From: Candidatus Nitrotoga sp. CP45
GTDB lineage: Bacteria > Pseudomonadota > Gammaproteobacteria > Burkholderiales > Gallionellaceae
DNA: 64,000 nucleotides
Reading direction: 5' to 3'
Assembly: GCA_003402375.1 (NCBI GenBank)
Contig: QFXJ01000053.1
Location: 4,182-68,181, forward strand
The notes below the pieces were generated by a model. It saw nothing but the letters and a program-made list of their open reading frames with translations, was not told the DNA's origin and did not search any database. Shown here one piece after another: positions 1 to 12,715 of the stretch (position 1 is its first letter; each line of letters opens with the position of its first letter). The translations under genes and the position numbers were made by a program.

Positions 1-831
1 ATGCGCGTCCCGTGCTCCGATAATCTCACCCTGATGCGCGCCAAGTCGGGCGGAGCGGATGTGCGCATGATCTACTCGACACAGGACGCGCTGAAGATCG
101 CGCGGGATAATCCGGATAGACAGGTAGTGTTTTTCGCCATCGGCTTCGAGACCACCACCCCGCCCACGGCTGTGGCGGTCAAACAGGCGGCAGCCGAGGG
201 GTTGAAGAACTTTAGCGTTCTGTGCAACCACGTGCTGACTCCGGCGGCGATGCATGCGATTCTGTCTGCAGAGGGTGGCGTGGCACTGGACGGATTCGTC
301 GGCCCGGCGCATGTTTCCACCGTTATTGGCAGCAAACCGTATGAAGTGTTTGCCGACGATTACGGCAAACCGGTGGTGATCGCCGGATTCGAACCGCTCG
401 ATGTGATGCAGGCAATACTCATGCTGATACGCCAGATCAATGATGGCCGTGCAGCAGTAGAAAACGAATTCACTCGCGCGGTGACACGCGAAGGCAATCT
501 CAAGGCACAGGCATTGGTTGAAGAGGTGTTCGAGTTGCGCGAGGTGTTTGAGTGGCGGGGCTTGGGCAGTATCCCTCACAGCGCCTTGAAACTGCGGCCT
601 GAGTTCGCCGAATTCGACGCAGAGCTGAAATTCAGCATCAATTATGTGACCGTGCGCGATCACAAGGCATGCGAATGCGCCGCTATCCTGCGCGGCGAAA
701 AACGTCCGCAGGAGTGCAAGATATTTGGCACGGTTTGTACGCCGGACAATCCGGTCGGTTCCTGCATGGTGTCATCGGAAGGCGCGTGTGCCGCGCATTA
801 CAGCTATGGGCGTTTTCGGGATGCTGCTTAG
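1..831 (+). CDS. hypD: Hydrogenase maturation protein HypD (5'-truncated by window edge)
   Basis: Motifs FFAIGFETTTP, GFVGPAHVS, GFEPLDV and C-terminal CECAAILRG..P.ECKIFG..CTP..PVGSCMVSSEGACAAHY. MRVP is normally internal, so the N-terminus lies upstream. Confidence 0.97.
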   Translation: MRVPCSDNLTLMRAKSGGADVRMIYSTQDALKIARDNPDRQVVFFAIGFETTTPPTAVAVKQAAAEGLKNFSVLCNHVLTPAAMHAILSAEGGVALDGFVGPAHVSTVIGSKPYEVFADDYGKPVVIAGFEPLDVMQAILMLIRQINDGRAAVENEFTRAVTREGNLKAQALVEEVFELREVFEWRGLGSIPHSALKLRPEFAEFDAELKFSINYVTVRDHKACECAAILRGEKRPQECKIFGTVCTPDNPVGSCMVSSEGACAAHYSYGRFRDAA

Positions 832-865
832 TGAACAGGGCTCTATGTGATTCGTGTTGGGTAAC

Positions 866-1211
866 CCTTCGATGAGTTCAAGATGAAAAGTAAGCTTAGA
901 ATTCTTTTATCCTTCGACAGGCTCAGGACGAACGGATTTTTTTAAGTCGGTTTGCTCTTAGCTCAGGACGAACGGATTTTTGGATTTCACCGTTCCTTAA
1001 GCTCAGGACGAACGAGTTTATGAATTCCGCCACTCTTTAAGCTTAAGACGAAGGGGTTTATGAATTCCGCCACTCTTTAAGCTTAAGACGAAGGGGTTTA
1101 TGAATTCCGCCACTCTTTAAGCTTAAGACGAAGGGGTTTATGAGTTCCTTTCATCTTTGAGCTCTGGGCGAATAGATTTTTGAGTTCCGTTCGTCCTGAG
1201 CTTGTCGAAGG
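866..1211. repeat. REP-like inverted pair enclosing a 40-bp tandem array
   Basis: ccttcgacaggctcaggacgaacgg at 911-935 with an inverted copy at 1187-1211; units start at 921, 961, 1001, 1041, 1081, 1121, 1161; degenerate copy at 866-890. Confidence 0.93.
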
Positions 1212-1241
1212 ATGGATAGATTGCTAAAAAGGATAAATGAG

Positions 1242-1577
1242 ATGTTTTGGGTGTACATTCTCCGCTGTGCTGATGGTAGTTATTACACCGGCCATACCGA
1301 CAATCTTGAAAGGCGTATCGGCCAGCACCATGCCGGAGAATGCGAGGGTTACACCGTAACGCGCCGTCCGGTGGAGCTTGCTTGGTCTCAGGAGTGTGTC
1401 ACGCGGGTAGATGCCTTATCGGCAGAGATGCAGATCAAAGGCTGGAGTCGCAAGAAAAAAGAAGCCATGATGTGCGGCGACTGGACGGAAGTTTCTCGCT
1501 TGGCTAGAAGTAAATCCGCTCATCCTTCGACAGGCTCAGGACGAACGGATTTACTTCTTGGGGAGGTTGAAAATTGA
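1242..1577 (+). CDS. GIY-YIG nuclease family protein (small stand-alone, YhbQ-like)
   Basis: WVYILRCADGSYYTGHTDNLERRI..H and E.QIKGWSRKKKE motifs; purine-rich RBS before ATG 1242. Confidence 0.93.
   Translation: MFWVYILRCADGSYYTGHTDNLERRIGQHHAGECEGYTVTRRPVELAWSQECVTRVDALSAEMQIKGWSRKKKEAMMCGDWTEVSRLARSKSAHPSTGSGRTDLLLGEVEN
1524..1548 (+). repeat. REP-like copy inside the 3' end of the GIY-YIG gene
   Basis: Exact match to 911-935; encodes the tail HPSTGSGRTD. Confidence 0.93.
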
Positions 1578-1605
1578 TTACCCACTTCTATTTCATATAG
1601 AGCCA

Positions 1606-2655
1606 ATGAATATAATCAAACCAAATAACTCGCGCCCGCTTGATTTCAAGCAGGGACGGGTAGAGATGTCGCATGGTTCCGGTGGGCGCGCCATGGCACA
1701 ATTGATCGCCGAGTTGTTTACTGCAGGTTTTGATAATGTATATCTGGCACAGGGCAACGATGGTGCGTTGCTGCCGCCAATTACCGGGCGGCTGGTGATG
1801 TCTTGCGACGGCCATGTCGTGTCGCCGTTGTTCTTCGCGGGCGGCGATATCGGCTGCCTGTCGGTGCATGGCACCATCAACGATGTTGCGATGATGGGAG
1901 CGAGGCCGTTGTATCTGGCGGCTTCTTTCATACTCGAAGAAGGCTTTCCCCTCGCCGATCTGAAACGCATCGTCGCGTCCATGGCGAACGCTGCAAGAGT
2001 CGCGGGTGTACCCATCGTCGCGGGTGATACCAAGGTAGTGGAACAGGGCAAGGGCGATGGGGTGTTCATCACCACTACCGGAGTCGGTGTGGCACGTGAG
2101 GGTATTACTCTGTCTGGCGATCTTGCGCAGCCGGGCGACACAATTCTGCTGTCCGGCACGATAGGGGATCACGGCATGGCGGTGCTTTCGCAACGTGAAA
2201 ACCTGACTTTCGATGCGCCCATCGTGTCGGATACGGCGGCATTGCATGGGCTGGTCGCAGCCATGCTGGATAGCGGAGTTAAGCTGCGCGTGCTACGCGA
2301 CCCGACGCGCGGCGGACTGGCGACGACTCTCAATGAGATCGCCAAGCAATCCGGCGTGGGCATGATGCTGCATGAATCCGCCATTGCGATGAATCAGCCG
2401 GTTGAAGCAGCCTGTGAGTTTCTCGGGCTGGATCCGCTATATGTCGCCAACGAAGGCAAGCTGGTAACCATTTGTGCGCCGGAGGATGCCGGACGCTTGC
2501 TTGAAGTGATGCGCGCTCATCCGTTGGCTCATCAGGCGGCCATCATCGGTGAGGTCACGGAAGATGCCCATGGATTCGTGCAAATGATCACCAAGCTCGG
2601 TGGCCGTCGTATCGTTGATTGGCTGGCAGGTGAGCAATTGCCAAGGATCTGTTGA
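1606..2655 (+). CDS. hypE: Hydrogenase maturation protein HypE
   Basis: MSHGSGG, DIGCLSVHGTINDVAMMGA, RDPTRGGLATTLNE, LYVANEGK, C-terminal GEQLPRIC. Start set at MNIIKP. Confidence 0.97.
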   Translation: MNIIKPNNSRPLDFKQGRVEMSHGSGGRAMAQLIAELFTAGFDNVYLAQGNDGALLPPITGRLVMSCDGHVVSPLFFAGGDIGCLSVHGTINDVAMMGARPLYLAASFILEEGFPLADLKRIVASMANAARVAGVPIVAGDTKVVEQGKGDGVFITTTGVGVAREGITLSGDLAQPGDTILLSGTIGDHGMAVLSQRENLTFDAPIVSDTAALHGLVAAMLDSGVKLRVLRDPTRGGLATTLNEIAKQSGVGMMLHESAIAMNQPVEAACEFLGLDPLYVANEGKLVTICAPEDAGRLLEVMRAHPLAHQAAIIGEVTEDAHGFVQMITKLGGRRIVDWLAGEQLPRIC

Positions 2656-2676
2656 GGGCACCTCTAAAAATCCAAT
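2656..2676. mobile_element. Solo terminal inverted repeat of the gggcacctctaaaaat MITE/IS family
   Basis: gggcacctctaaaaat starts immediately after the hypE stop and matches the ends of the elements at 5138, 7534 and 29394. Confidence 0.8.
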
Positions 2677-4838
2677 TAGGGATAGATAGCCATGTGTGCG
2701 TAGCGGTCGGCGCTAGGCGGACGATATTCCACAACCACGCGCGCATCGGCGGCCAATGCGCCCTTCTCGTCGAGGATCAGGGGATTGATGTCCATCTCTT
2801 TGAGCAAGGGCAGTTCGCAAACCATTTGCGACACGCGTAACAACACGTCCTCCAGCGCCGCCATATTGGCCGGAGCCATGTTACGGAATGTGCCCAGCAT
2901 CTTGGCGATGCGGGTATTCTGGATCAGCTCTCTGACCAAGAAACTGTTCAACGGCGGTAGTGCGACGGCACGGTCACCCATGATTTCGACGGTAATTCCG
3001 CCCGCGCCGAACGTGATTACCGGCCCGAACACCGGGTCGCTGGTGACGCCTATCATCAACTCGCGGCCATTCGGTTTGACGATCATCGGCTCGATGGAAA
3101 TGCCGTCAATCTGCGCACCGGGGCGATTGTGTTGAACGTTATCGAGAATTTGCTGGTAGGCAGTGCGAACTTCATGCGCATCATTCAAGTTGAGCAGCAC
3201 GCCACCGGTATCGCTCTTGTGCGTGATATCAGGTGAATTGACTTTCATCGCAACTGGGAATCCCAGTTGCTGCGAAATCAGCAGCGCTTCGTCGGGCGAA
3301 TGGGCAACTATGGTTTTTGCGACGGGAATATGGAAAGCGGACAGCAAGGCTTTGGACTCCACTTCAGTCAGCACTTTGCGATGCTCCTGCATAGCACCCT
3401 CGATAATCAGCCGCGCGCTTTTTATATCAGGCCCGACGCGTTGTGAGAACGGGTCGGGCATCTGCATCAGCAGTTTCTGATTGCGGTAGTAATTGGATAA
3501 ATACGAGAACACCTCCACCGCCGTCTCCGGTGTGCAAAAGTGTGGTTTGTGCGCTTTGGAAAATGCATTGCGCGCATCCGCGACCTGCGTCTCGCCCATC
3601 CAGCAAGCCAACAGCGGTTTGCTGTGCGTATTGGAAAGCTCAATCAGGAATTGCGCCGATTCCAGTGGCTTGGTCATCGCCTGTGGCGTAAGGATGGCCA
3701 GCACACCGTCCACGTTTTCATCTTCCAGGCAGGCTTTGACTGCATGATGGTAACGGTCTGCTTGAGCATCGCCGATGATATCTACCGGATTGCCGTGCGG
3801 CCAATTGAGCGGTAAATGCTGGTTGAGATATTGAATCGTGGCATCCGACAAAGTGGCCATCGTGAGTCCCAAGTCGGCGGCACGATCCGCCGCCATCACA
3901 GCGGGGCCGCCACCATTGGTGACAATGGCAAGGCGATTGCCGACCGGGTGGAAACCGTATGACAGCGCCTTGGCGGCGGCGAACAGTTGCGTGATGGTCT
4001 GCACCCGCACCACACCTGCCCGGCTGACTGCCGCATCGAACACATCGTCCGCTCCAACCAGCGAGGCGGTATGTGACATCGCTGCTTTGGAGCCTGACGC
4101 ATGGCGACCGACCTTGATTAGAATCACTGGCTTGATGCGCGCGGCGGCACGTAGCGCACTCATGAAACTACGCGCGTTGCGGATGCCTTCGATGTACATC
4201 AGGATGCTGTGGGTATCAGCGTCGGATACCAGATAATCGAGAATATCGCCGAAATCAACATCGATCGATAAGCCAGTGGATACCAAACTGGAGAAACCCA
4301 CGCCGTTGCTCTGCGCCCAATCCAGGATCGCGGTGCATAGCGCGCCGGACTGGGAAACGAACGCGATGTTGCCGGTGTTCGCGCCGCCCTTGTTGAAGGT
4401 GGCATTGAGGCCGATGGATGGGCGCATGATGCCCAGGCAATTCGGGCCGATCAAGCGAATGCCATAGCGGCGTGCGGTTTCCAGCAATTCTTTTTCCAGT
4501 GCCTCACCTTCAGAGCTAGCTTCGCCAAATCCGGCGGTGATGATAACCGCGGCCTTTACGCCGTGGATGCCGCAACTCTCGATGATGCACGGTACAGTCT
4601 GCGGCGGCGTAGCGATTACCACCAGTTCAACCGGTTCGCCAATGTCGGCAATCGAGGCGTAAGCGCGCTTGCCTTGCACCTCTACGTGTTTCGGGTTGAC
4701 CGGATAAAGCAGACCATTAAAGCCGCTTTCCAGCATATTCTGAAACACGATTTGACCAACTGAATCAGGCCGGTCACTCGCGCCAAATACAGCGACAGAC
4801 TTGGGTGAGAATAGTGCGCTAAGGTAGTGCTTGTCCAT
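2676..4838 (-). pseudogene. Pat/PatZ-type acetate-CoA ligase-family protein acetyltransferase, apparently lacking its C-terminal GNAT domain
   Basis: CoA-binding (VAVFGASDR, RLIGPNCLG, SQSGA, SHTASL) and ATP-grasp (KVNSPDITHKSDTGGV, EMDINPL) domains. Ends at RYAHMAIYP*, the usual linker before GNAT, against a solo TIR. 720 aa from MDKHYL. Confidence 0.8.
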
Positions 4839-5137
4839 GATTATGTTATATATTTTTGATATAAAATAGTTTTTATAAAAATACCGTACAGCTAAACCAA
4901 AGATATTTTTATAGCAGAAAATCGCATCCAGACCGAGCTTGTCCAACAAACGGCTCAAATCGTGGCTTCACTTCGTCCGTACAATCTAGCCTTATCCGTT
5001 AGCGCATTGCTTGGCAATTATTTTTTGAATTGTTTAGAATACCACCGCCCCCTACTTTGCATAAATAACGTCAATGATGGTGCGTAACATATCAGTAGGT
5101 ATCGTACGAAATAAATTTTTTGCGAAATGCAACATTA

Positions 5138-5278
5138 GGGCACCTCTAAAAATTAAGAGTTCTAAACAAGACTAGGCGCGAATAAAAAATGTTGACGCAG
5201 CATATAATTGATATGTAAGGAAACATTTTTTGTGAGCAACAACGTATTGTGACGAAATCTGAATTTTTAGAGGTGCCC
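5138..5278. mobile_element. 141-bp MITE, copy 1
   Basis: TIRs gggcacctctaaaaatt / aatttttagaggtgccc; interior is the near reverse complement of 7534-7674. Confidence 0.88.
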
Positions 5279-5333
5279 GTTAATTATTAAACAGGCAACA
5301 GTACTTAGCGTACTTAGTCTACAAGGAGACAGC

Positions 5334-6119
5334 GTGGAAAAGATTGAAAAAGATGTTGCTAAAGACTATTGGGAAAATCAGGCCAAAACCCATAAAGGTT
5401 CACATCTAGCATCTTGGAGCGATAACTTCATGATTGAACTTGAGATCGATGCCATAGGAGAGCATATCTCAAGTGGGGATCATGTTCTTGATATAGGTTG
5501 TGCGAATGGATATTCCGCGTTCCAACAATTGGAACGGCACAAAGATGTTGGTTCGATTACAGGTGTTGATTTTGCTGAAAACATGATTAAACAGGCCAAT
5601 ATGCTGAAAAAAGCTCAGTGGGTAGGCGATATTGTAAAATTTGAAGTAGGTGACATTAATTCCTTACAATTCCCTGATGATACTTTTGATGTAGCGTATG
5701 CCACACGGGTGGTTACCCTTATGTCTACTTGGGAAGAACAACAAATTGCTATCAATGAATGTCTGCGGGTTGTTAAGCCAGGCGGCAAAGCGATTTTTTC
5801 TGAGCCTTTTTTAGAGCCATTTACATTGCTCAATGCAATGAGGCAACTTAAGGATATGCCCCCATTGATTGAGCATGACTCAAATCGATTCTTTAAAAAA
5901 GCTGTATTAGAGGAATTTTTCACGCAAAAAGGTTTGACGTTTAAGGTAAATGATTTTTCATCAATTTACTACTTGGGATCAAGATTTTTGAGAGAGTTAG
6001 TAACAGACCCGGCAGCATACCCAGGCTTCAATCCGATCAACCGCATTTTTTTCGATATAGAGAAAGACTTTTCTGGCGGCGGCTTTGGCATTCAGCAAGC
6101 TTATATTGTTACTAAATAA
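5334..6119 (+). CDS. Class I SAM-dependent methyltransferase
   Basis: VLDIGCANG motif [27 protein letters not shown]; aaggag RBS before GTG; AT-rich. Confidence 0.88.
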   Translation: MEKIEKDVAKDYWENQAKTHKGSHLASWSDNFMIELEIDAIGEHISSGDHVLDIGCANGYSAFQQLERHKDVGSITGVDFAENMIKQANMLKKAQWVGDIVKFEVGDINSLQFPDDTFDVAYATRVVTLMSTWEEQQIAINECLRVVKPGGKAIFSEPFLEPFTLLNAMRQLKDMPPLIEHDSNRFFKKAVLEEFFTQKGLTFKVNDFSSIYYLGSRFLRELVTDPAAYPGFNPINRIFFDIEKDFSGGGFGIQQAYIVTK

Positions 6120-6130
6120 AAGCATACTGC

Positions 6131-7513
6131 ATGACTCAAACCAGAATAGAGCACGACACATTCGGCCCCATAGAGGTTGCGGCAGACCGGCTTTGGGGCG
6201 CGCAAACGCAGCGTTCGCTTGAACATTTCCATATTTCCTCCGAGCGCATGCCGAAGGAACTCATCCTCGCACTCGCTATGGTTAAGCGCGCTTGCGCGTT
6301 GGCCAACCGCGATTTAAATCTATTAAGTGCTGCCAAAGCGGATGCCATTGTGCGGGTGGCGGACGAAATACTGGCTGGCCAGCATACGCAAGAGTTTCCA
6401 CTTTCTGTTTGGCAGACGGGTTCGGGTACCCAGACCAATATGAACCTGAACGAGGTGCTCGCTAACCGTGCTTCTGAAATGTTAGGCGGAAAATGGGGAA
6501 AAGACCGGCTGGTACATCCCAATGATGACGTGAATCTCGGTCAATCATCCAATGATATTTTCCCCACTGCAATGCACGTCGCAGCCAGCCTCAGTATCAC
6601 TCAATCCCTGCTTCCGGCGCTACGCAAGCTGCGCTCGACACTGGAGGAAAAATCCCGCAACTTCGACGGCATCGTCAAAATTGGGCGTACGCACTTACAG
6701 GATGCTACTCCGCTAACGCTTGGACAGGAATTTTCCGCTTACGTGGCGCAGTTAGATTATGCAGAATCCATAATTAACGCTACCCTGCCCGCGCTTTGTG
6801 AACTTGCGGCCGGGGGGACTGCAGTAGGTACCGGACTTAACACACACGCCGAATTCGGGGAGCGCGTTGCTGCTGAACTGGCTCGCAGCACCAGCTTGCC
6901 ATTCAAAAGCGCTGCCAACAAGTTTGCCGCTCTGGCCGCACATGACGCTCTAGTGGCTGCACATGGCATGCTCAAAACACTCGCTGCCGCTCTCATGAAA
7001 ATTGCCAACGACATCCGCTGGATGGCTTCGGGACCACGCTCTGGCCTTGGGGAAATAAGTATTCCCGAGAACGAGCCGGGCAGCTCGATCATGCCGGGCA
7101 AGGTTAATCCCACACAATGCGAAGCGCTTACCATGCTGTGTTGCCAAGTCTTTGGCAATGACGTTGCCATCAATATAGGTGGCGCTTCGGGAAATTTTGA
7201 GCTCAATGTTTTCAAGCCGCTTATCATCCATAATTTCCAACAAAGCGTACGCCTGCTTGCTGACGGAATGGCAAGCTTCGAGGAACACTGCGTGTCCGGC
7301 ATCCAAGCCAACCACGAACGTATTGCAGAACTTATGGAACGGTCGCTAATGCTGGTGACCGCCTTGACCCCGCATATCGGCTACGATAAAGCCGCCGAAA
7401 TCGCTAAACAAGCACACCGGGATGGCGGTACGCTAAAACAGACGGCATTAGTACTAGGCTATGTTACGGAAGAACAATTCGACTGCTGGGTACAGCCAGC
7501 AAAGATGACATGA
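6131..7513 (+). CDS. fumC: Fumarate hydratase class II
   Basis: [29 protein letters not shown], signature [15 protein letters not shown]. Confidence 0.98.
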   Translation: MTQTRIEHDTFGPIEVAADRLWGAQTQRSLEHFHISSERMPKELILALAMVKRACALANRDLNLLSAAKADAIVRVADEILAGQHTQEFPLSVWQTGSGTQTNMNLNEVLANRASEMLGGKWGKDRLVHPNDDVNLGQSSNDIFPTAMHVAASLSITQSLLPALRKLRSTLEEKSRNFDGIVKIGRTHLQDATPLTLGQEFSAYVAQLDYAESIINATLPALCELAAGGTAVGTGLNTHAEFGERVAAELARSTSLPFKSAANKFAALAAHDALVAAHGMLKTLAAALMKIANDIRWMASGPRSGLGEISIPENEPGSSIMPGKVNPTQCEALTMLCCQVFGNDVAINIGGASGNFELNVFKPLIIHNFQQSVRLLADGMASFEEHCVSGIQANHERIAELMERSLMLVTALTPHIGYDKAAEIAKQAHRDGGTLKQTALVLGYVTEEQFDCWVQPAKMT

Positions 7514-7533
7514 TTTATTTAAAATAGCCTAAA

Positions 7534-7674
7534 GGGCACCTCTAAAAATTCAGATTTCGTTACAATAGGCTGTTACTCACAAAAAATGTTTCCTTACATA
7601 TCAATTATATGCTGCGTCAACATTTTTTATTCGCGCCTAGTCTTGTTTAGAACTCTTAATTTTTAGAAGTGCCC
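7534..7674. mobile_element. 141-bp MITE, copy 2 (inverted relative to copy 1)
   Basis: Same TIRs; flanked by direct TAAA at 7530-7533 and 7675-7678 (candidate 4-bp TSD). Confidence 0.9.
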
Positions 7675-7711
7675 TAAAGCCTATTGTTCAATTTCACATT
7701 TCCCACTTTCC

Positions 7712-8299
7712 CTACTCGTCTACCAGATGCTGATCAGGATACAACACATCAGTAAAACCAAATTGGCTGAAATCGCGGATACGCATGGGATACAGAATCC
7801 CGTCCAGATGATCACACTCGTGCTGTACCACGCGGGCATGAAAACCATTTACCACGCGGTCTATTAATACGCCATACTCATCCCGTCCCTGATAATGGAT
7901 GGATTGAAAACGCGGTACTAGCCCACGTAATCCCGGCACGCTCAAGCAGCCTTCCCATCCTTCCACCCTATCCGAATTCAATGTCGATCCCACCTGCGAA
8001 TCTACTGCACTCAGTGGATTACCTGATATTGCTAGCGGGGTGATAATAGGGTTGATCAATACCGTTTCTGGCACTATTTCGGCATCTGGATAGCGCGGAT
8101 TAAACTGCACACCGAAAATCACTACACGCAAATTCACGCCTATCTGCGGTGCTGCGAGTCCCGCACCATTTAATGCCTGCATGGTATCGCGCATGTCGAC
8201 CAATAAAGCGTGCAGTTCCGGCGTATCGAAATCCACCACCTCTTCCGCGCAACGCAACAAACGCGCATCGCCCATACGCAATACGTCCCTAATTGACAT
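7712..8299 (-). CDS. def: Peptide deformylase
   Basis: [24 protein letters not shown] motifs; start set at MSIRDVL. Confidence 0.96.
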   Translation of the reverse strand: MSIRDVLRMGDARLLRCAEEVVDFDTPELHALLVDMRDTMQALNGAGLAAPQIGVNLRVVIFGVQFNPRYPDAEIVPETVLINPIITPLAISGNPLSAVDSQVGSTLNSDRVEGWEGCLSVPGLRGLVPRFQSIHYQGRDEYGVLIDRVVNGFHARVVQHECDHLDGILYPMRIRDFSQFGFTDVLYPDQHLVDE

Positions 8300-9035
8300 C
8301 AGAATCCACCACGCATTCAAGGATGTTGCGCACACGCGCCATGGCAGGTTGTGCCACTGCACTGATGGTTTCCAAATGCACGCCTTCGCGGCTGCTACCA
8401 CGACCGGCAGCATGATTCACCACCACCGCGATAGCAGCGTAATTCAAGCCGAGCTCTTTGGCCAGGGCAGCTTCAGGCATACCGGTCATGCCCACCATAT
8501 CGGCACCGTCCCGCTCCAAGCGATTAATCTCCGCTGCCGTATCTAGGCGTGGCCCCTGAGTAGCGGCATATACTCCGCCATCCAGACAAGGGATGTCCGC
8601 ACATCTGCCAGCATTCAGAATTTGTTGACGTAGCTCCTGACTATAAGGCTGGGTAAAATCAATATGCGTTACCGAGCAATCGCGCCCATCAAAGTAGGTG
8701 AACTCGCGCCCATAGGTGTAATCAATAATCTGATCTGGCAACACAATAATACCGGGCAACAAGTCAGCACGGATACCCCCAACTGCCGCGACAGAAATAA
8801 TGCGTTGCGCTCCCTGTTCTTTTAACGCCCACAGATTGGCACGATAATTTACCTCATGCGGCGGGATCGTATGGCCGTAGCCATGACGGGCAATAAACAT
8901 GACCTCATGCTGGCGCAAGCGGCCAAAGGTAATCGCTCCGGAAGGCTCACCATAGGGCGTGCGCATCACCTGTCGATGTGATATTTCCAGGTTGGTCAGT
9001 TGCGTCAGTCCCGTTCCACCAATAATCGCTAACAT
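8289..9035 (-). CDS. mtnP: S-methyl-5'-thioinosine / MTA phosphorylase
   Basis: [44 protein letters not shown]. Confidence 0.9.
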   Translation of the reverse strand: MLAIIGGTGLTQLTNLEISHRQVMRTPYGEPSGAITFGRLRQHEVMFIARHGYGHTIPPHEVNYRANLWALKEQGAQRIISVAAVGGIRADLLPGIIVLPDQIIDYTYGREFTYFDGRDCSVTHIDFTQPYSQELRQQILNAGRCADIPCLDGGVYAATQGPRLDTAAEINRLERDGADMVGMTGMPEAALAKELGLNYAAIAVVVNHAAGRGSSREGVHLETISAVAQPAMARVRNILECVVDSDVN

Positions 9036-9178
9036 TTGTTATTACCCTTTGGAAAATATAGGACTCACTCATTCCCGAATTACCTGCATTCCATAATTCA
9101 GGCAACATAAATATAATTATTATATTTAATCAATATTTAATAATATAAATAGTATGAATTACTTTAATACAGCTGGAT

Positions 9179-9727
9179 CTATTTTTCCCTCGTTGCGTAA
9201 ACTGCGGGGAGATTACGCCACGCCCCATGTATGTCCATACCGAAGCCGAATACAAAGCGGTTAGGCAATTTTAACCCGACAAAATCGGCACGTATCGGCT
9301 TAGCCTTTCCAATCTGTTTATCAGCAAACACCGCACTGTAAAATTTGGCGGCACCCAAATCCAGCACACGCTGCTTAACTGCGGCCAGCGTCTCACCCTC
9401 GTCGAGAATATCATCCACCACCAACACCACACGGCCAGTTACATTTTCACGTGGCTCAACTTTCCAGTGCAAGATCCCGCCCTGCTGATTAGTGCCATAG
9501 CGCGATACATGCACATAATCAAAATCGAGCGGAAAAGTTAGCAGTGGCAGTAACTGCCCAGTAAACACCACCGCACCGCCCATTACTGATAGCAATAATG
9601 GATGCATGTCAGCCAATACCGTATTTATTTCCTGCGCGACACTCATTACTGCTGCCTGCACTTTTTCAGCTGAAACAATTAGCTCGGCTTGATTCAGAAT
9701 ATCGTTCGTCTGCTGGTTAGAGAGCAT
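9179..9727 (-). CDS. hpt: Hypoxanthine-guanine phosphoribosyltransferase
   Basis: PRPP-binding VLVVDDILDEGETL, FVFGFGMD, WRNLP. Confidence 0.93.
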   Translation of the reverse strand: MLSNQQTNDILNQAELIVSAEKVQAAVMSVAQEINTVLADMHPLLLSVMGGAVVFTGQLLPLLTFPLDFDYVHVSRYGTNQQGGILHWKVEPRENVTGRVVLVVDDILDEGETLAAVKQRVLDLGAAKFYSAVFADKQIGKAKPIRADFVGLKLPNRFVFGFGMDIHGAWRNLPAVYATREK

Positions 9728-10593
9728 TACTTGATCGTTGCCAGATAAGCGGCAAACTCTTCACCCAGTTCTGGATGCTTAAGGCCGAATGCCACCGTTG
9801 CCTTGAGATAGCCCAGCTTGGAGCCACAATCGTAACGAATACCGTTAAACCGGTATGCCAGCACTTTTTCTTCTTTTATCAGCGCTGAAATCCCATCGGT
9901 CAGCTGAATTTCACCCCCCGCGCCCGCCTGTAACTTCGCCAAGTGATGAAAAATACGCGGCGTCAACACATAACGTCCCACCACCGCCAGAGTGGAAGGC
10001 GCATCTGCCGGGCTGGGCTTTTCAACGATGGCATGTACCTGCTCCACACTCTGCTCCAGATTGCTACTACTGACTATGCCATAGTGACCCGTCTGTGAAG
10101 GGGGTACGTCCTCCACGCCAAGCACGGAACATTGGTAGCGCTGGTATACGTCTGCCATCTGTTTAATGATGGATATGTCCCCGGCGATCAAATCATCAGC
10201 CAAAATCACCGCAAACGGTTCGTTGTGCACCACCGGCTGCGCGCACAGAACTGCATGACCGAGGCCAAGCGTTTCTGACTGACGGATGTAGATGCAATTC
10301 ACATGTTTGGGAATCACTTCCTGAACTGCACGTAACAGCTCGCTCTTGCCGCGCGCGAAAAGTTCAGCCTCAATCTCATAAGCCGTATCGAAATGGTCCT
10401 CAATAGCGCGTTTGTTACGGCCAGTGATGAACACCATATCCGTAATACCCGCCGCCACCGCCTCTTCCACCGCATACTGGATTAACGGTTTGTCGACTAC
10501 CGGCATCATTTCTTTGGGACTAGCCTTGGTGGCGGGCAGGAAACGGCTGCCCAATCCAGCGACCGGAAATACAGCTTTAGTAATTTTAGTCAT
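9727..10593 (-). CDS. galU: UTP-glucose-1-phosphate uridylyltransferase
   Basis: [51 protein letters not shown]. Confidence 0.97.
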   Translation of the reverse strand: MTKITKAVFPVAGLGSRFLPATKASPKEMMPVVDKPLIQYAVEEAVAAGITDMVFITGRNKRAIEDHFDTAYEIEAELFARGKSELLRAVQEVIPKHVNCIYIRQSETLGLGHAVLCAQPVVHNEPFAVILADDLIAGDISIIKQMADVYQRYQCSVLGVEDVPPSQTGHYGIVSSSNLEQSVEQVHAIVEKPSPADAPSTLAVVGRYVLTPRIFHHLAKLQAGAGGEIQLTDGISALIKEEKVLAYRFNGIRYDCGSKLGYLKATVAFGLKHPELGEEFAAYLATIK

Positions 10594-10645
10594 AATATTT
10601 CTCCACAACTTCCCGGCTAAAGATTTTCAAAAAAACAATTACGAT

Positions 10646-12697
<2,052 letters not shown>

Positions 12698-12715
12698 CTA
12701 ATCTGAAAGAAAAAT

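Noticed and set aside
921-1200. CRISPR array
   Set aside because: Units repeat in full, including three identical 40-mers; there are no unique spacers and no cas genes.
5138-7674. Composite transposon (MITE-methyltransferase-fumC-MITE)
   Set aside because: Copy 2 has its own TAAA duplication on both sides and the outer flanks (ATTA vs TAAA) differ, which indicates independent insertions.
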